Shown here piece by piece: positions 29,009 through 42,873 of a DNA stretch of 64,000 bases; position 1 is the stretch's first letter; every line of letters begins with the position of its first letter. A program made the position numbers and the translations under genes. The notes under the pieces are model-generated. The model saw only the letters and a program-made list of their open reading frames with translations, was not told the DNA's origin and did no database searches. The stretch comes from the human T2T-CHM13v2.0 reference genome, Homo sapiens. The stretch lies in assembly GCF_009914755.1 (NCBI RefSeq), contig NC_060938.1; one strand, written 5' to 3'.

Positions 29009-29080
29009 AATAAAACAAAAATTTCATAAAGAAATTTTCACTTTCACTATAGTTTCAAAGCACTGTGATATTTTCCATTC
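28887..29080. mobile_element. Charlie4-like hAT fragment with (CA)n
   Basis: CAGTGTTTTCCAAC...TACATTTT...(CA)n (28978-29006)...AAACAAAAATTTCAT...GATATTTTCCATT. Confidence 0.6.
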
Positions 29081-29600
29081 CATTCCATTACTGGGTATAC
29101 ACCCAAAGGATTATAAATCATCCTACTATAAAGACACATGCACACGTATGTTTATTGCAGCACTGTTCACAATAGCAAAGACTTGGAACCAACTCAAATG
29201 TCCATCAATGATAGACTGGATAAAGAAAATGTTGCACATATACACCATGGAATATTATGCAGCCACAAAAAAGGATGAGCTCATGTCCTCTGCAGGGACA
29301 TGGATGATGCTGGAAACCATCATTCTCAGCAAACTAACACAAGAACAGAAAATCAAACACCGCACATTCTCACTCATAAGTGGGAATTGAACAATGAGAA
29401 CACATAGACACAGGGAGGGGAACATCACACACCAGGGCCTGTCAGGTGTGGGGGGCTAGGGGAGGGATAACATTAAGAGAAATACCTAATGTAGATGATG
29501 AGCTGATGGGTGCAGCAAACCACCATGATACATGTATACTTACGTAACAAACCTGCACGTTCTGCCCATGTACCCTAGAACTTAAAGTATAAAAAAAAAT
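29081..29600 (+). mobile_element. L1PA7-like 3' end
   Basis: 'MFIAALFTIAKTWNQ...' ORF2 C-terminus, L1PA 3' UTR, A-tail. Confidence 0.92.
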
Positions 29601-30529
29601 TAAATGTGTCAAGATAATGAGAAGATAATCCAGAAACTGGGAGAAAATATTTACAATATACATATCTAATAAAGGATTTGTATTTTTAGATACAAATGTA
29701 TTTTCTTATTGTTGAGTTTTAAGAGTTCTTTTTATACTAAAATATAAAAAGAACTCTTAAAACTCAACAATAAGAAAATAAATAACCTGATTAAAACATG
29801 AGCCAAAGACCTTAACAGACACCTCACCAAAGACGATATACTGATGGCAAATAAGCCTATAAAAAGATGCTCCATGTCATATGTCATCAGGAATATTCAA
29901 ATTAAAACAAAAAGGTATTACCACTACACACCTATTAGAATGACCAAAATCCAGAACACAGACAACATCAAATGCTGGTGAGGCTGTAGTGCAACAGGAA
30001 CTCTCATTCATTACTGGTGAGAATGCAAAATGGTACAGCCTCTTTGGAAAACAGTTGGGTAGTTTTTCACAAAACATAAACACTCTTATTACACAATCTA
30101 GCAATAACTGTTCTTGATATTTATCCAAAGGCGCTGAAAACTTATGTCCACTCAAAAACCTACACTTGGGCGTTTATTCATAACTGCCAAAATTTTAAAG
30201 TAGCCAAGATGTTCTTTAGGAGGTGAATTGATAAATAAACTGTGATATACAGTTTCCAGGCAATGGAATATTATTTAGTATTGAAAAGAAATGAGCTACA
30301 AAGCCACAAAAAAAAAAAAATGGAGGAATCTTAAATGCATATTACTAAGTGAAAGAAGCCAATCTGAAAAGCTACCTACTGTATGATTCCAACTATATGA
30401 CATCCTGGAAAAGGCAAAACAACATAGACAGTGAAAAGATCAGTGGTTGCCAGAGGTTTTAGGGGAGAGAGGAGCAAATAGGCAGAGAGCAGAGGATTTT
30501 TAGGACAGGAAGAAATATTCTGTGTGATA
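29601..30529 (+). mobile_element. L1MC/MB ORF2 3' end and 3' UTR
   Basis: AAAGACCTTAACAGACACCTCACCAAAG; AAGTGAAAGAAGCCAATCTGAAAAGCTAC. Confidence 0.85.
29699..29780. repeat. Perfect inverted repeat, 38-bp arms, 6-nt spacer
   Basis: 29699-29736 is the exact reverse complement of 29743-29780. Confidence 0.97.
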
Positions 30530-31063
30530 CAGGCATACCTCAGAGATATGCGGGTTTGGTTCCAGAACAACATAATAAAGCTAATATCTCAGTCAAGGAA
30601 GTCACACAAATGTATTAGTTTCCTAGTGCATATAAAAGTTATGTTAATAGTATACTGTAGCCTATTAAGTGTGCAATAGCATTATGTCTTTTTAAAAAGT
30701 ACATACCTGAATGTAAAAATACTTTAGTTCTAAAAAATGTTAACAAACATCTCAGCCTTCCATAAGTCATACTCTTTTTGCTGATGAAGGGAGGGTCTTC
30801 CCTTGATGTTGATGGCTGCTGACTGATCAGGGTGGTGGTTGCTGAACGTTGGGGTGCCTGTGGCAATTTCTTCAAACAAGTCAACAGTGAAGTTTGCCGC
30901 ATCAGTGACCCTTCCTTTAACTAAATATTTCTCTGTAGCATGCAATGCTGTTTGATAGCATTTTACCTACAGGAACTTCTTTCAAAGTTGGAGTCATTGC
31001 TCTCAAATCCTGCTGCTGCTTTATCCACTAAGTTTACATAATATTCAAAATCCTTTCTTGTCA

Positions 31064-31346
<283 letters not shown>

Positions 31347-32353
31347 TATTTCTTGTCATTTCAAAGCATATTCACCCAAGGAATATGTTTCATCTCCAGA
31401 AACCATTTTCTTGGCTCATCCATAAGAAGCAACTCCTCATACATTCAAGTCTGATCATGAGATTGTGGCAATTTAATCATATCTTTGGGCTCCGCATATA
31501 ATTCTAGTTCTCTTGCAATTTCTGCCACATCTGCTGTTCCTTCTTCCACTGAACTCTTGAACCCCTCCAAGTCATCCATGAGGGTTGAAATCAACTTCTT
31601 CCAAACTTCTGTTAATGTTGATATTTTGACCTCCTCCTGTGAATCACGAATGTTCTGAATGGCATCTAGAATAGTAAGTCCTTTCCAGGTTTTCAATTTA
31701 CTTTGCCCAGATCCACCAGAGAAATCACTATTTTGGCAGCTGCAGCCTTATGAAATGTAATTTCTTAAATAATGAGACTTGAAAATTGAAATTACTTGTT
31801 GATCCATGTGCTGCAGTATGGATATTGTGCTAGCAAGCATGAAAACAACATTAACCTCCTTGTACATCTCCATCAGAGCTCTTGGGTGACCAGGTACATT
31901 GTCAATGAGCAGTAATATTTTGAAAAGAACCTTTTTTACTAAGCAGTAGATCTCAACATTGGGCTTAAAATATTCAGTAGGCCATGCTGTAAACAGATGT
32001 GCTGTGAACCAGGCTTTGTTATTCCATTTATAGAGCACAGGCAGAGTAGATTTAGGGTAGTTCTTAAGGGTCCTAGGATTTTGGGAATGGTCAGTGAGCA
32101 CTGGCTTCAACTTAAAGTCACCAGCTGCATTAGCCCCTAACAAGAGAGTCAGCCTGTCCTTTCAAGCTTTGTAGCCAGGCCTTGACTTCTCTCTAGCTAT
32201 GAAAGTCCTAGATGGCACCTTTTTTCAATAGAAGGCTGGCTTGTCTATCTTGAAATTCTGTTGTTTAGTGTAGTCACTGTCACCAATTCTCTTAACTAGA
32301 TCTACATAACTTGCTGCTGCTTCTACATCAACACTTGCTGCTTCACCTCCCAC

Positions 32354-32652
32354 TTCTTTTTTTTTTTTTTTTTTTTTTTTTTGAGATGGGGTTTTGCTCT
32401 CATTGCCCAGGCTGGAGTGCAATGGTGCAATCTTGGCTCACCACAACCTCCACCACCCAGGTTCAAGCAATTCTCCTGCCTCAGCCTCCTAAGTAGCTGG
32501 GATTACAGGCATGTGCCTGGCTAATTTTGTATTTTCAGTAGAGACAGGGTTTCTCCATGTTGGTCAGGCTGGTCTCAAACTGCCAACCTCAGGTGATCCA
32601 CCCGCCTTGGCCTCCCAAAGTGCTGAGATTACAGGTGTGAGCCGCTGCACCC
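32354..32652 (-). mobile_element. AluSp/Sq-like
   Basis: Reverse Alu, poly(T), TTTCTCCATGTTGGTCAGGCTGG. Confidence 0.9.
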
Positions 32653-33240
32653 TCACTTGCACTTTTGTTATAGAGATGGCTTCTTTCCTTGAACCTCATG
32701 AACCAACCTCTGCTAGCTTCAAACTTTTCTTCTGGAGCTTCCTCACCACTATCAGCCTTCACAGAATTGAAGAGAGGACCTTTCTCTGGATTAGGCTTTG
32801 GCTTAAGGGAATATTGTGGCTGGTTTGATCTCCTATCCAGACCACTAGAACTTTTTGCATATCAGCAATAAGTCTGTTTTGCTTTCTTACCATTCGTGTG
32901 TTCACTGAAGTAGCACTTTTAATTTCCTTCAAGAATTTTTCCTTTGTGTTTACAACTTGGCTGTTTGGCGCAAGAGGCCTAGCTTTCAGTCTATCTTGGC
33001 TTTCGACATGTTTTCCTCACTAAGCTTAATTATTTCTAGCTTTTGATTTAAAGTAAGAACATGCAATTCTTGCTTTCACTTGAACACTTAGAGGTCACTG
33101 TAAGGTTATTAATTGGCTTAATTTCAATATTGTTTTGTCTCAGAGATTGGGGTGGCCTGAGGAAAGGGAGAGAGACAAGAGAACAGCCAGTGACTGGAGC
33201 AGTCTGAATGTACACTTTATCAATTAAGTTTGCTGTATTA

Positions 33241-33490
33241 CCGCATGTTCTCACTTCTAAGTGGGAGCTAAATGATGAGAACACATGGATACATAAAGGG
33301 AAACAACACGTGCTGGGGCCTTTCTGAGAGTAGAGGGTGGGAGGAGGGAGAGGATCATGAAAAATAACTAATGGGTACTAGGCTTAATACCTGGGTGATG
33401 AAATAATCTGTATAACAAACCACCATGACACAAGTTTACCTATGTAACAAACCTGAACTTGTACCCCTGAACTTACCATTTAAAATTTTT
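33241..33490 (+). mobile_element. Short L1PA 3' fragment inside Tigger1
   Basis: L1PA 3' UTR flanked by perfect 17-bp TSD TTAAGTTTGCTGTATTA. Confidence 0.9.
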
Positions 33491-33887
33491 TTAAGTTTGC
33501 TGTATTACATGAGTGCAGTTTGTGGATCCCCAGGACAATTTCAACAGGACCAAAGATCACTGATCAGAGATCACCATAATAGATGTAATAAATAATGAAA
33601 AAGTTTGAAATATTGTGACAATTACCAAAATACAACAGAGATATGAAATGAGTACACGTTGTCGGGAAAATGGCTCCGACAGACTTGCTAGATGCAGGGT
33701 TGCCACAAACCTTCCATTTGTGAAAAACACAGTATCTGTGAAACACAATAAAGTGAAGCATGACTACTTGAAAGTCAGTATCACTGGATATGAAACCCTT
33801 TGTTCACATTTTCTTTCTTTGTGTAAATGAAGCATAACTATATGTGGGGATGTTATTCTCCCCCACATATCTTTTTGGATAATAACT

Positions 33888-34282
33888 ATATTTTTTTACT
33901 TTTAGATTCAGGAGGTACACGTGCAGGTTCGTTAGAAGGGTATGTTGTGTGATGCTGTGACGTTTGGGCTTCTATTGATCCTGTTGCTCAAAGAGTGAAC
34001 ACAGTACCCAAAAGGAAGTTTGTCAGCAATTCTCCCCCCTCCTGTCGTCACCTCTTTTAGAGTCACCAATGTCTATTGTTTCCATCTTTATGTCCATACG
34101 TACCCAATGTTTAGTTTCCACTTATAAGTAAGAACACGCAATACTTGGTTTTCTGTTTCTGCATTAATTCCCTTAGGATAATGGCCTCCAGCTGCATCCA
34201 CATTGCTGCAAACAACATGATTTAATTCCTTTTTATGGTTACATTGTATTCCATGGCGTATGTGTATCACATTTTCTTTATG
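33888..34282 (-). mobile_element. L1PA15/16-like 3' end
   Basis: 3' UTR; TSD TTTTTGGATAATAACT/TTTTTGAATAATAACT. Confidence 0.88.
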
Positions 34283-35188
34283 TTTTTGAATAATAACTTT
34301 AAATGACATTTGACTGTGATCTTTTCCTATACTAATTTTATGTGAATTTTGTTTTCCTGAATTTTTAGAAGGAAACATCGTTCATGATAAACTGTATAAG
34401 TTCAAACTGCCCCATAGTCCATGGTTTTATGCATTATTTAAAAATAAAATAGTCCCTTAAAATGTCCCGGCTCTATTCTCATTGCCCTACTTTTACCTGG
34501 CCCTCTCTTTCTTCATCCATGTTGCCCCCGCCCGGCTCAATTTTGCCTCCACTCCTGGCAATCTCTCCTCAATGTGGGACTCTGCCCTAGAAACAAACCT
34601 GTGCAGGTCCTTTTCAAAGTTCACAGGGTCTGGACAATGCCAGCCCCCTCATAGTCTACCAGGCACTCCTCGCAGTCACCCAACACTGGGCTGAACAAAG
34701 CCCCTCCCAGTTTCATCAGCTGTTTCCAAAGATGTCCACTGTGCTTGCCGGTGAACTATTGTCAGCTCTTTGGAATTCTCTCTTCTCAGATCCTTCATTG
34801 ACACTGCCCCATTACTTCTGTCTTCTTTTCACACAGATGTTACTACCATGCAGGTCTTGTAGCTGTTGGGGATTTGTCACCAGTTCTATTTCGGGGTTTG
34901 TGGAGATGGCTTGTCATGGAGGTTTATAAATGTTTTCCATGGGCTTGAGGCTTTGCTATCCAGCTGCTCTGTTTTAAAGACAGAATTTGGGTTGACATCT
35001 TAGTGTGTTGGTTACATTGTTTAGAGCATGAGCTCATGAAACTTGACATGACAGTTGTATAAACCTATAAGGGCTCTTTGTCAGGATAAGAATGTGCCTG
35101 GGGCTTGTGTGCTTGGTTTCCAAGCCCTCGGCACTCCACAGAGCTACTGAGAGTGAAGCCCATGCTCCCAACATAGCAGATCTGCTAT

Positions 35189-35485
35189 GGCCAGGCATGG
35201 TGGTTCATGAATGTAATCCCAGCACTTTGGAAGGCTAAGGCAGGAGAGAATTGCCTGAGGTCAGGAGTTCAATACCAGCCTGGGCAACATAGCAAGACCC
35301 CACCCCTGAAAAAAAATTTCAGTGGCCCGTGCCTGTAGTCCTAGCCACTCAGGAGTCTGAGTTCTAGCTACTCAGGAGGATTGCTTGAGCCCAGAGGTTT
35401 GATATTACCATGAGCTATGATCATGTCACTGCACTCAGCCTGGGCAACACAGTGAAATCCGATCTAAAAAACAAACAAAAAAACA
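35189..35485 (+). mobile_element. AluJ with internal rearrangement
   Basis: Diverged Alu with a duplicated CTAGC(C/T)ACTCAGGAG segment. Confidence 0.88.
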
Positions 35486-35927
35486 TATTTGCTATTACTA
35501 TGGGAGGAGTGGGAAACTCCTGCCCAAGACCAACCTTAGATCTAAATCTGAGTTTGGTTGCCACAAGGAAGAACAGCAATGCTGAGAAAGCCCCATCCTT
35601 AAGGCCCAAGCACACAGAGAGGGCGTACCCAAGACTGAAACAGAACCAGGACAACAGATAATTTCCCCTGCCCTCACCACAAGCGTAGCACAAAATAACA
35701 AACTGTAGTAGTCTGCCACTAGGAAAGGGGAAAGAGAATGAAAAGAAAACCCTCTTTTGCACGAGCATATAGGGATGGCTAAATGCTGAAGGTGAAGTAT
35801 GGAAACCGAGAAAAATCCTCTGACCTCAGCTTCAACCTTAAGCAGAAGGCAACAAAAGCACAGCACTAGAGGGATTTAACTCAGTGGTATAAAAAAAGTA
35901 AAGAGAGCAACAATAAAACCCAAGCTT

Positions 35928-36092
35928 AACTAGCTAGGTGTTGTGATGTTCATCTGTAATCCCAGCTACTCCGGAGGCTAAGGCACAAAAATCACTTGAA
36001 CCCAGAGGTGGAGGTTGCAGTGAGCCAAGACCACGCCACTGCAGTCCAGCCTGTGAGACAGAGTGAGATTCTGTCTCAAAACAAAACAAAAA
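35928..36092 (+). mobile_element. Alu right monomer (FRAM or truncated Alu)
   Basis: Single right arm; TSD AAAACCCAAGC. Confidence 0.85.
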
Positions 36093-36506
36093 CCCAAGCC
36101 TACCTCCATTTCTGACGAGATTGACTCAACCTCCCACACTGTCTAACAGAAGAAAAGGCATGTCTATTTCCATACATAAATACTATTTAACTTAGTGTCT
36201 ACTGTTCTACACATTATGTTCACCATGCAATCAAGAACTATGAGACACACATATGTCAATTTAAATAATTCATTGCAAGGAGATAAAGCAATCAACAGAA
36301 CCAAACTCAGAGATGACCTAGATGTTGAAACTATGAGACAAGTGCTTCAAAATAACTGTGACTAATACTTTTTTAAGGCCTATTGGAAAAAGTAGCTAGC
36401 ATGCATGAGTAGATGGGGAATTTCAGCAGAGAGATGGAAACTATCCTCAAGAGTCCAGTAGAAATGTTAGAAATGAAAACATGACATCAAAGATGAAGAA
36501 TTCATG

Positions 36507-36808
36507 CTAGGCGCAGTGGCTCACACCTGTAATCCTAGCACTTTGGTAGGCCAAGGTGGGTGGGTCATCTGAGGTCAGGAGTTTGAGACCAGCCTGGCCA
36601 ACATGATGAAACCCCATCTCTACTAAAAATACAAAAATTATCCAGGCGTGGTGGCGTGTGCCTGTAATCCCAGCTACTTGGAAGGCTGAGGCAGAATCAC
36701 TTGAACCCAGGAGGTGGAGGTTGCAGTGAGCCAAGATCACACCACTGCACCCTAGCCTGGGAGACAGAGTGAGACTCTGTCTCAAAAAAAGAAAAAAAAA
36801 AAAAGAAC
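36507..36808 (+). mobile_element. AluSx-like
   Basis: Dimeric Alu with A-tail. Confidence 0.92.
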
Positions 36809-37002
36809 AGAACATCCACAAGTAGTGGGACAATATAATCTGTCTAACATATGTGTAATTGGCCAAAATGAGAAGACAGACAATAGAGCAGAAGAGAAAT
36901 AGTTAACGCATAACAGCCAAGAAGTTTTTGAAATCAATAAAGATATCAAACCAGAGGTACAAGAAACTTAGAGAACCTCAAGCAAAATAAAAACAAATAA
37001 AA

Positions 37003-37036
<34 letters not shown>

Positions 37037-37179
37037 ACCCCTAGATAGATGACATTCAAACTTCTGTGTATCAAAGATAATAAGGAAATCATGGAGGCAG
37101 TCAGAGCTAAAAGAAATATTACATACAAAGGTTTTTAAAGAGAATTATAGTATATTCGCATTAGAAACAATTCAACAAA

Positions 37180-37710
37180 CCTGTTAGTATTGCATTGAAT
37201 CTGTAGACAAACTTAAGGAAAATGTATATAATACTGAGTCATCCAACCACAGACATAATACCTCCCTCCATTAAGTAAGATTTGTAATTTAAATAGACTT
37301 CTGCACAAAAGGCTTGCACATGTTGTGCTTTATTTATTCTTAATTATTTAATATTTTATGCTATTATTAATAGCATCTTTCTTTTTATTTTGTTTTCTAC
37401 CTCTTTGCTGCTAATATATAATAATGTAAATTATTTTCAAATATGAAGTTTGTTCTGTCAACTTGTTAAATGTATTAATTTTGATAATTTATCTATAGAG
37501 TCTTTAGGATTTTCTAAATATCCAATCATCAGATGATCCATGAATGATAACACCTTATTTCTTCCTTTCCAATATTTATGCCTTTTACTCATTCTCTTGA
37601 ATTACTACACTGGGTAGGATTTCCAGTATAACACTGAAAAGGTGTAGTATTTGTGGGCATTTTTGTCTTGTTCCTGAACTCAAAGGCAAACTTTTCAATG
37701 TTTCTTCAAT
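37180..37710 (-). mobile_element. Old L1M ORF2 fragment
   Basis: GCATTGAATCTGTAGA; TTGTTCCTGAACTCAAAGGCAAACTTTTCAATGTTTC. Confidence 0.7.
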
Positions 37711-37857
37711 TCCATGTGTTGGCACAGAATGTGAAGCAATGAGAACTCTTATATGCTGATGATAGAAGTATAAATTCATACAGCTATTTTATAAATAAAG
37801 TCATTAACTATTAAAGGTAAAGATATAATACTCTATGAGCTAAAAATTCCAATTCGG

Positions 37858-39115
37858 CCGGAAACTATAAAACTACTAGAAGAAAACATTGGGGAAATTG
37901 TCCAAGACATTGGTCTGGGCAAAGGCTTCTTGAGTAAGACCTGAAAACCACAGGCAACCAAAGTAAGAATGGGCAAACGGGATCACATCAAACTAAAAAG
38001 CTTCTTCACAGCAAAGGAAACGAATAGCAAAGTGAAGAAACAACTTATAGAATGGGAAAAAAATTGCAAACTATTCAACTGGCAAGGGATTAATAACCAG
38101 AATATATAGGGAACTCAAACCACTCAACAGCAAGAAAACAAGTAATCCAATTTTTTTAATGGGCAAAAGATGTGAACAGACCTTTCTTGAAAGAAGATAT
38201 ACAAATGGCCAACAGGTATGTGAAGAAAATGTGCAACATCATTAATCATCAGAGAAATGCAAACCAAAACCACAGTGATATATCATCTAAACCCAGTTAA
38301 AATGACTTTTATCAAAAAGACAATAAAACAACAGGTGCCAGTGAGGATGTGGGGAAAGGGGAATGCTCATATGCTATTGGTAGGAATATAAATTAGTACA
38401 GCCATTTCGGAAAACAATATGGGGGTTCCTCAAAAAACTAAAAATTAAGCTACCATATGATCCAGCAAATCCCACTGATGGCTATATATCCAAAAAAAAA
38501 AAAAAGGGAAATCAGTGTATCAAAGAGATATCTGCACTTCCATGTTTATTCACAAATAGCAAAGATATGGAATCAACCTAAGTAACCATCATTGGACGAA
38601 TGGTGGTACACATACAACAATGAAATATTATTCAGCCATAAAAAGTAATGAAATCCTGTCATTTGCAACAACATGGATGGAACTGGAGGACATTATATTA
38701 AGTGAAATAAGCCAGACACAGGAAGACAAATATCACATGTTCTCACTCATATATGGGAGCTAAAGAGTCGATCTAATGGAAATAGAGAGTAGGTTGATGG
38801 TTACCAGGAGCTGGGAACTGTGGAGGTGATTAGAGGATGAAGAGGGGTTGGCTAACAGGTACAAAAATACAGTTAGATAGAAGGAGTAAGATCCAGTGGT
38901 AACACAATAGGGCAACTATAGTTAATAGTAATTTTTGTATATTTTGAAATAACTAGAGGAGTGAAATTGGAATGTTCCTAACACAAATAAATGATAAATG
39001 CTTGAGGTGATGGACACCCCAATTACCCTGATTTGATCATTATACAATGTATGTTTGTATCAAAATATCAAACCCCATAAATATGTAAAACTATTATGTA
39101 GCTATAAAAAATTTT
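37858..39115 (+). mobile_element. L1MA 3' portion
   Basis: GAAACTATAAAACTACTAGAAGAAAAC through to the 3' UTR TGAGGTGATGGACACCCCAATTACCCTGATTTGATCATT. Confidence 0.9.
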
Positions 39116-39117
39116 TT

Positions 39118-39496
<379 letters not shown>

Positions 39497-39600
39497 TTAT
39501 AGCAGCACAATTTATAGAAGTGCAATTTATATAACTGGAACAAGTTACATTTCTATCAACAGTAGAATGGATCAATTGTGGTACAGACATCAATGAAATA

Positions 39601-40080
39601 TGTATTGGTTGTCTATCATACTACCCCAAAACTTAGTGACTTTTCATTGAGTTCACAATTTTATGGATCAGCAATTTAGACTGAATTCAGCTGGGGAGTT
39701 CTGGTCTCAACTGAGCTGCCTCATGCATCTGTGAGATTCTTTTAATTTCTGAGGGCTTAGCCCACACAACCAAGCTTACTCAGCTGTGTTCCACATACAT
39801 CATTCTCCAGCAGTCTAGCCCAGCCTTTTTCATGTGGCTGAGGCAGGAGTCCTGAAATACAGAGCAGAAGCACACAGGCTGCTGGAGGCCTATGCTCAGA
39901 ATAGGCGTGTGGTCACCCTGACCATATTCTATTGGCCAAAGGAAGCCACAATGCCAGCCCAGAATCCAGGGAAGAGAACTAGACCCCATTTCTTCATGGG
40001 AGGAGCTCTAAAGTCACATTGCAAAAGGCATGGGTATTGGAAAGAGTGAAGGACTGTGAGTGTTTCTTTAATCTACCACT
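39601..40080 (-). mobile_element. MLT1 MaLR LTR
   Basis: ACCCCAAAACTTAGTGACTT...ATTCTATTGGCCAAAG...AAAGTCACATTGCAAAAGGCATG...AATCTACCAC. Confidence 0.78.
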
Positions 40081-41830
40081 GAAAACTGGGATTGAAGTGA
40101 AAAACAATAACCTGCTACTACACATAACAACATGGATGAATCTCATCAATAATGTTGAGTGAAATAAGCCAGGCTACACAGAATGCATACTGTATAATTC
40201 CTTTTATATAAAGTTCAAAAACAGGCAGAACTAAAGTGTAGGGTTTATAAATATATGCTTAATAAAGTATTTTTAAGTGGGAAATTAATCATCATAAATG
40301 TCAGGGTGCTAGTTACTTTGGGAGGATGATTGCCTTAAGATAATGGAAAGGCATCAGAAATTGAGCAACACACAGGGGCTTCTGGGTTCTTGGCAGTGTG
40401 CTTTCTTAACCTGAGTGGTAATGAGCTAGGCGCTCATTTTGAATCACTAAGTGGGAGATTTATGTTTTGTGCATTTTTCTTTGTCTTATATCTCATGATA
40501 AAAAATTAAATAATGTATGATACTGGAACAAGGACAAAACATGGACAATGGAATATAACAAAGAACTGAGAAAAAGTTTGTACCCATAATAAGAACTTGA
40601 TATACAGTAAATCTTGCATCACAGTTGATTGACAAAAGGACAAATTGTTTACGAGATGATGTTGGAAAAACTGTCTCATTAGAGGTAAAAAATCAAACTG
40701 GATCCCTACTTACCAGAGTATATATACAAGGAAATCTCTAGAAGGATTAAAGACTTCAAGGCAAAAGATTATAAGTCAATGGTAAATATTGTGGGTTAAT
40801 ATCTTCCTAACAATACCAGGCAGGGAAGGACTTCTAAAGAACAGCAGAAGAACAAATCATAAGGCCAAAGCTGATTAAGTCAATTGCATCAAACTAAGAA
40901 AATTTATTCAAGGAAGTACAACATGATCAAAGTTAACAAACAGGTGACAAATTTTGTGTTATTTGCTATCCCTAATGTTTTTTAAAAACTAACACAGTAT
41001 CTAAGATATACAAGAAGCTATTAAAATTAAGATTAAAAAGCAGAAAATCCAAAAGAAAAATGAACAAAGGAAATAAACAATTTGCAAAAAGAGGAAATCA
41101 AATAGGCTGGCAAGTATATAAGGAGAGGCCCAAACTGGCTATGAGAATAATTCAACTTTTTAAAATAACACGACATTACTTTATTATGCTGGCAAAAATT
41201 ATAAAGCTGAACAATGCCAAGTATTAGCAGAAATGTGAGGACAGAAGTGTCCTCTTATGTTACTGGTGGGCATGTAGACAGGCGCAGCCACCCTAAAGAG
41301 CAATCTGACAGTTCTTAGTTCTATATCATTGTGCTTCATGACCATCAAGATCCACTTTTGGATGTGTACTGGAAAAAAAAAAAAAAAAAAAAACCTCACA
41401 CTGTAGCTTACTTGAGTACCTGTATGAGGATGTTTATTCACACTGTGATGGAGAGGAACTGAAAGTGACCCAGATGTCTATCTAGAATAAAGCAGATAGG
41501 AAAAATGTGGAGTACCATCAGCAGTTAGAAGCAACGACTACACACACCCAGAGTGTCATGCATTATGCTGAGTGAAAAAATAGGATCCATCGCACATATC
41601 AGTTATAAAAATGAATACAACATACCAAACAGACAATACACATTTTACAAGAATACATGCAAGTAATACCACATACATTAAACAGAAGGGTTTTCTTTAA
41701 AGGAGAAGGAGGCAAATGAAAGTGGAGAATGAGGCCTGTCATTCTCTAAGGGGCCTGTCTAAACCAATGACGGGGCATGCCATGAACTGAAGACTGTGTT
41801 TAACCCAACCCTGTATGTCCAAAAGAAGAA
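40081..41830 (+). mobile_element. Old L1ME/MC fragments
   Basis: ACATGGATGAATCTCA...TATAAAGTTCAAAAACAGGCA; decayed ORF2 3' sequence. Confidence 0.7.
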
Positions 41831-41885
41831 AAAGCTCAAATAAAATATTCCTCCATGGCTTTTTTCTCCATGGCAACTGCTGTTA

Positions 41886-41887
<2 letters not shown>

Positions 41888-41925
<38 letters not shown>
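41888..41925. repeat. (TG)n microsatellite
   Basis: About 18 TG units. Confidence 0.97.
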
Positions 41926-41926
<1 letters not shown>

Positions 41927-42197
41927 GTACATTTCCTAGAAAAATGCTGAATGCATCTACTAGCATGTCTTTATGGCCATGTAATTCTCATTTACATCAT
42001 ATTACTCTGTACCCTGTTCTTTATGTTTCATAATATACTTTGGACATCTTTCCCTTTCAGCACTTACAAATCTACCTCACTTTTAAACAGCTGTATTATT
42101 TTTATATACTCCAATTTAATTTTCCTATCAATAGATACTTAAGCTTGGCTTTTTAAGTTGCTTGCTATTAAACGAGTTTGCTTTTTAAATTGTTCGC

Positions 42198-42863
42198 TGT
42201 TGCCATTCAAAAGACCACCACGATGGTTAAATAGCAGAAAGGAGAGCTTTATTGGTGATATTGGTTTGTAAGTTGGGAAGAGAAACCAGCAAACCAGCAC
42301 GGACTGACGGTGGTCTCTCTTTGTAGGGGGAGGGAACAGCTTGGGTTTTACTCCTCATGGGTCTGTGTTACACAATAGAGCCATACATATTCAGCAGGTT
42401 TGGGGAAAAGCTATACATATTTATGAGGGGAGCTGAGCAAATGAGCAACGAGTAAACACACGTTACATACATCTCAAGTTTACTTTGAAACAGGGTTTTA
42501 GCACTGAAATGAGGTGGAATTTGGCTCTTTACATCAAAAGGTTAACCGTACGGCACAAAGACCGTTTGTCCACAGCCTCTATAAGCTGACTGAAACTGGC
42601 TTAATGTTTACAGTAGCTTATCAGAAAAGAGTGTTTGTAAGGCCAGTCCTCTGTCCAATCAGAATTACAGTAGTCTGGGTTATAAATCAGATTTAGGAGA
42701 GGTCCAATGGCTGCTATTGTTAGGAAGTTTAGAGTCCTGGGAATTTAGAAATTTGCCGTGCCAGCTGGGCTCTGAATGCTCCACTCGTAGGTAACTTTGT
42801 TTCCTTAACCTTAGAGTCTATCTTAGTTGATAAAGGGGCATTTATTTTGGGCTCTCAGATCAC
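42198..42863 (-). mobile_element. MER4-group ERV1 solo LTR, subfamily uncertain
   Basis: Minus strand starts TGTGATCTGAGAGCCCAAAATAAATGCCCC, AATAAA near its end, ends CA. Confidence 0.75.
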
Positions 42864-42873
42864 ACTATTAAAC

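Larger units (their letters stand above)
35490..37170 (+). mobile_element. Old L1M 5' UTR/ORF1 remnant with nested Alus
   Basis: ORF1-like A-rich sequence (TTTCAGCAGAGAGATGGAAACTAT...GAAATGTTAGAAATGAAAA; AGAACCTCAAGCAAAATAAA); (CA)n at 37004-37034. Confidence 0.65.

Noticed and set aside
31445-32143. Tigger transposase ORFs as a domesticated TIGD-like gene
   Set aside because: Fragmented by stops, frameshifts and Alu/L1 insertions.
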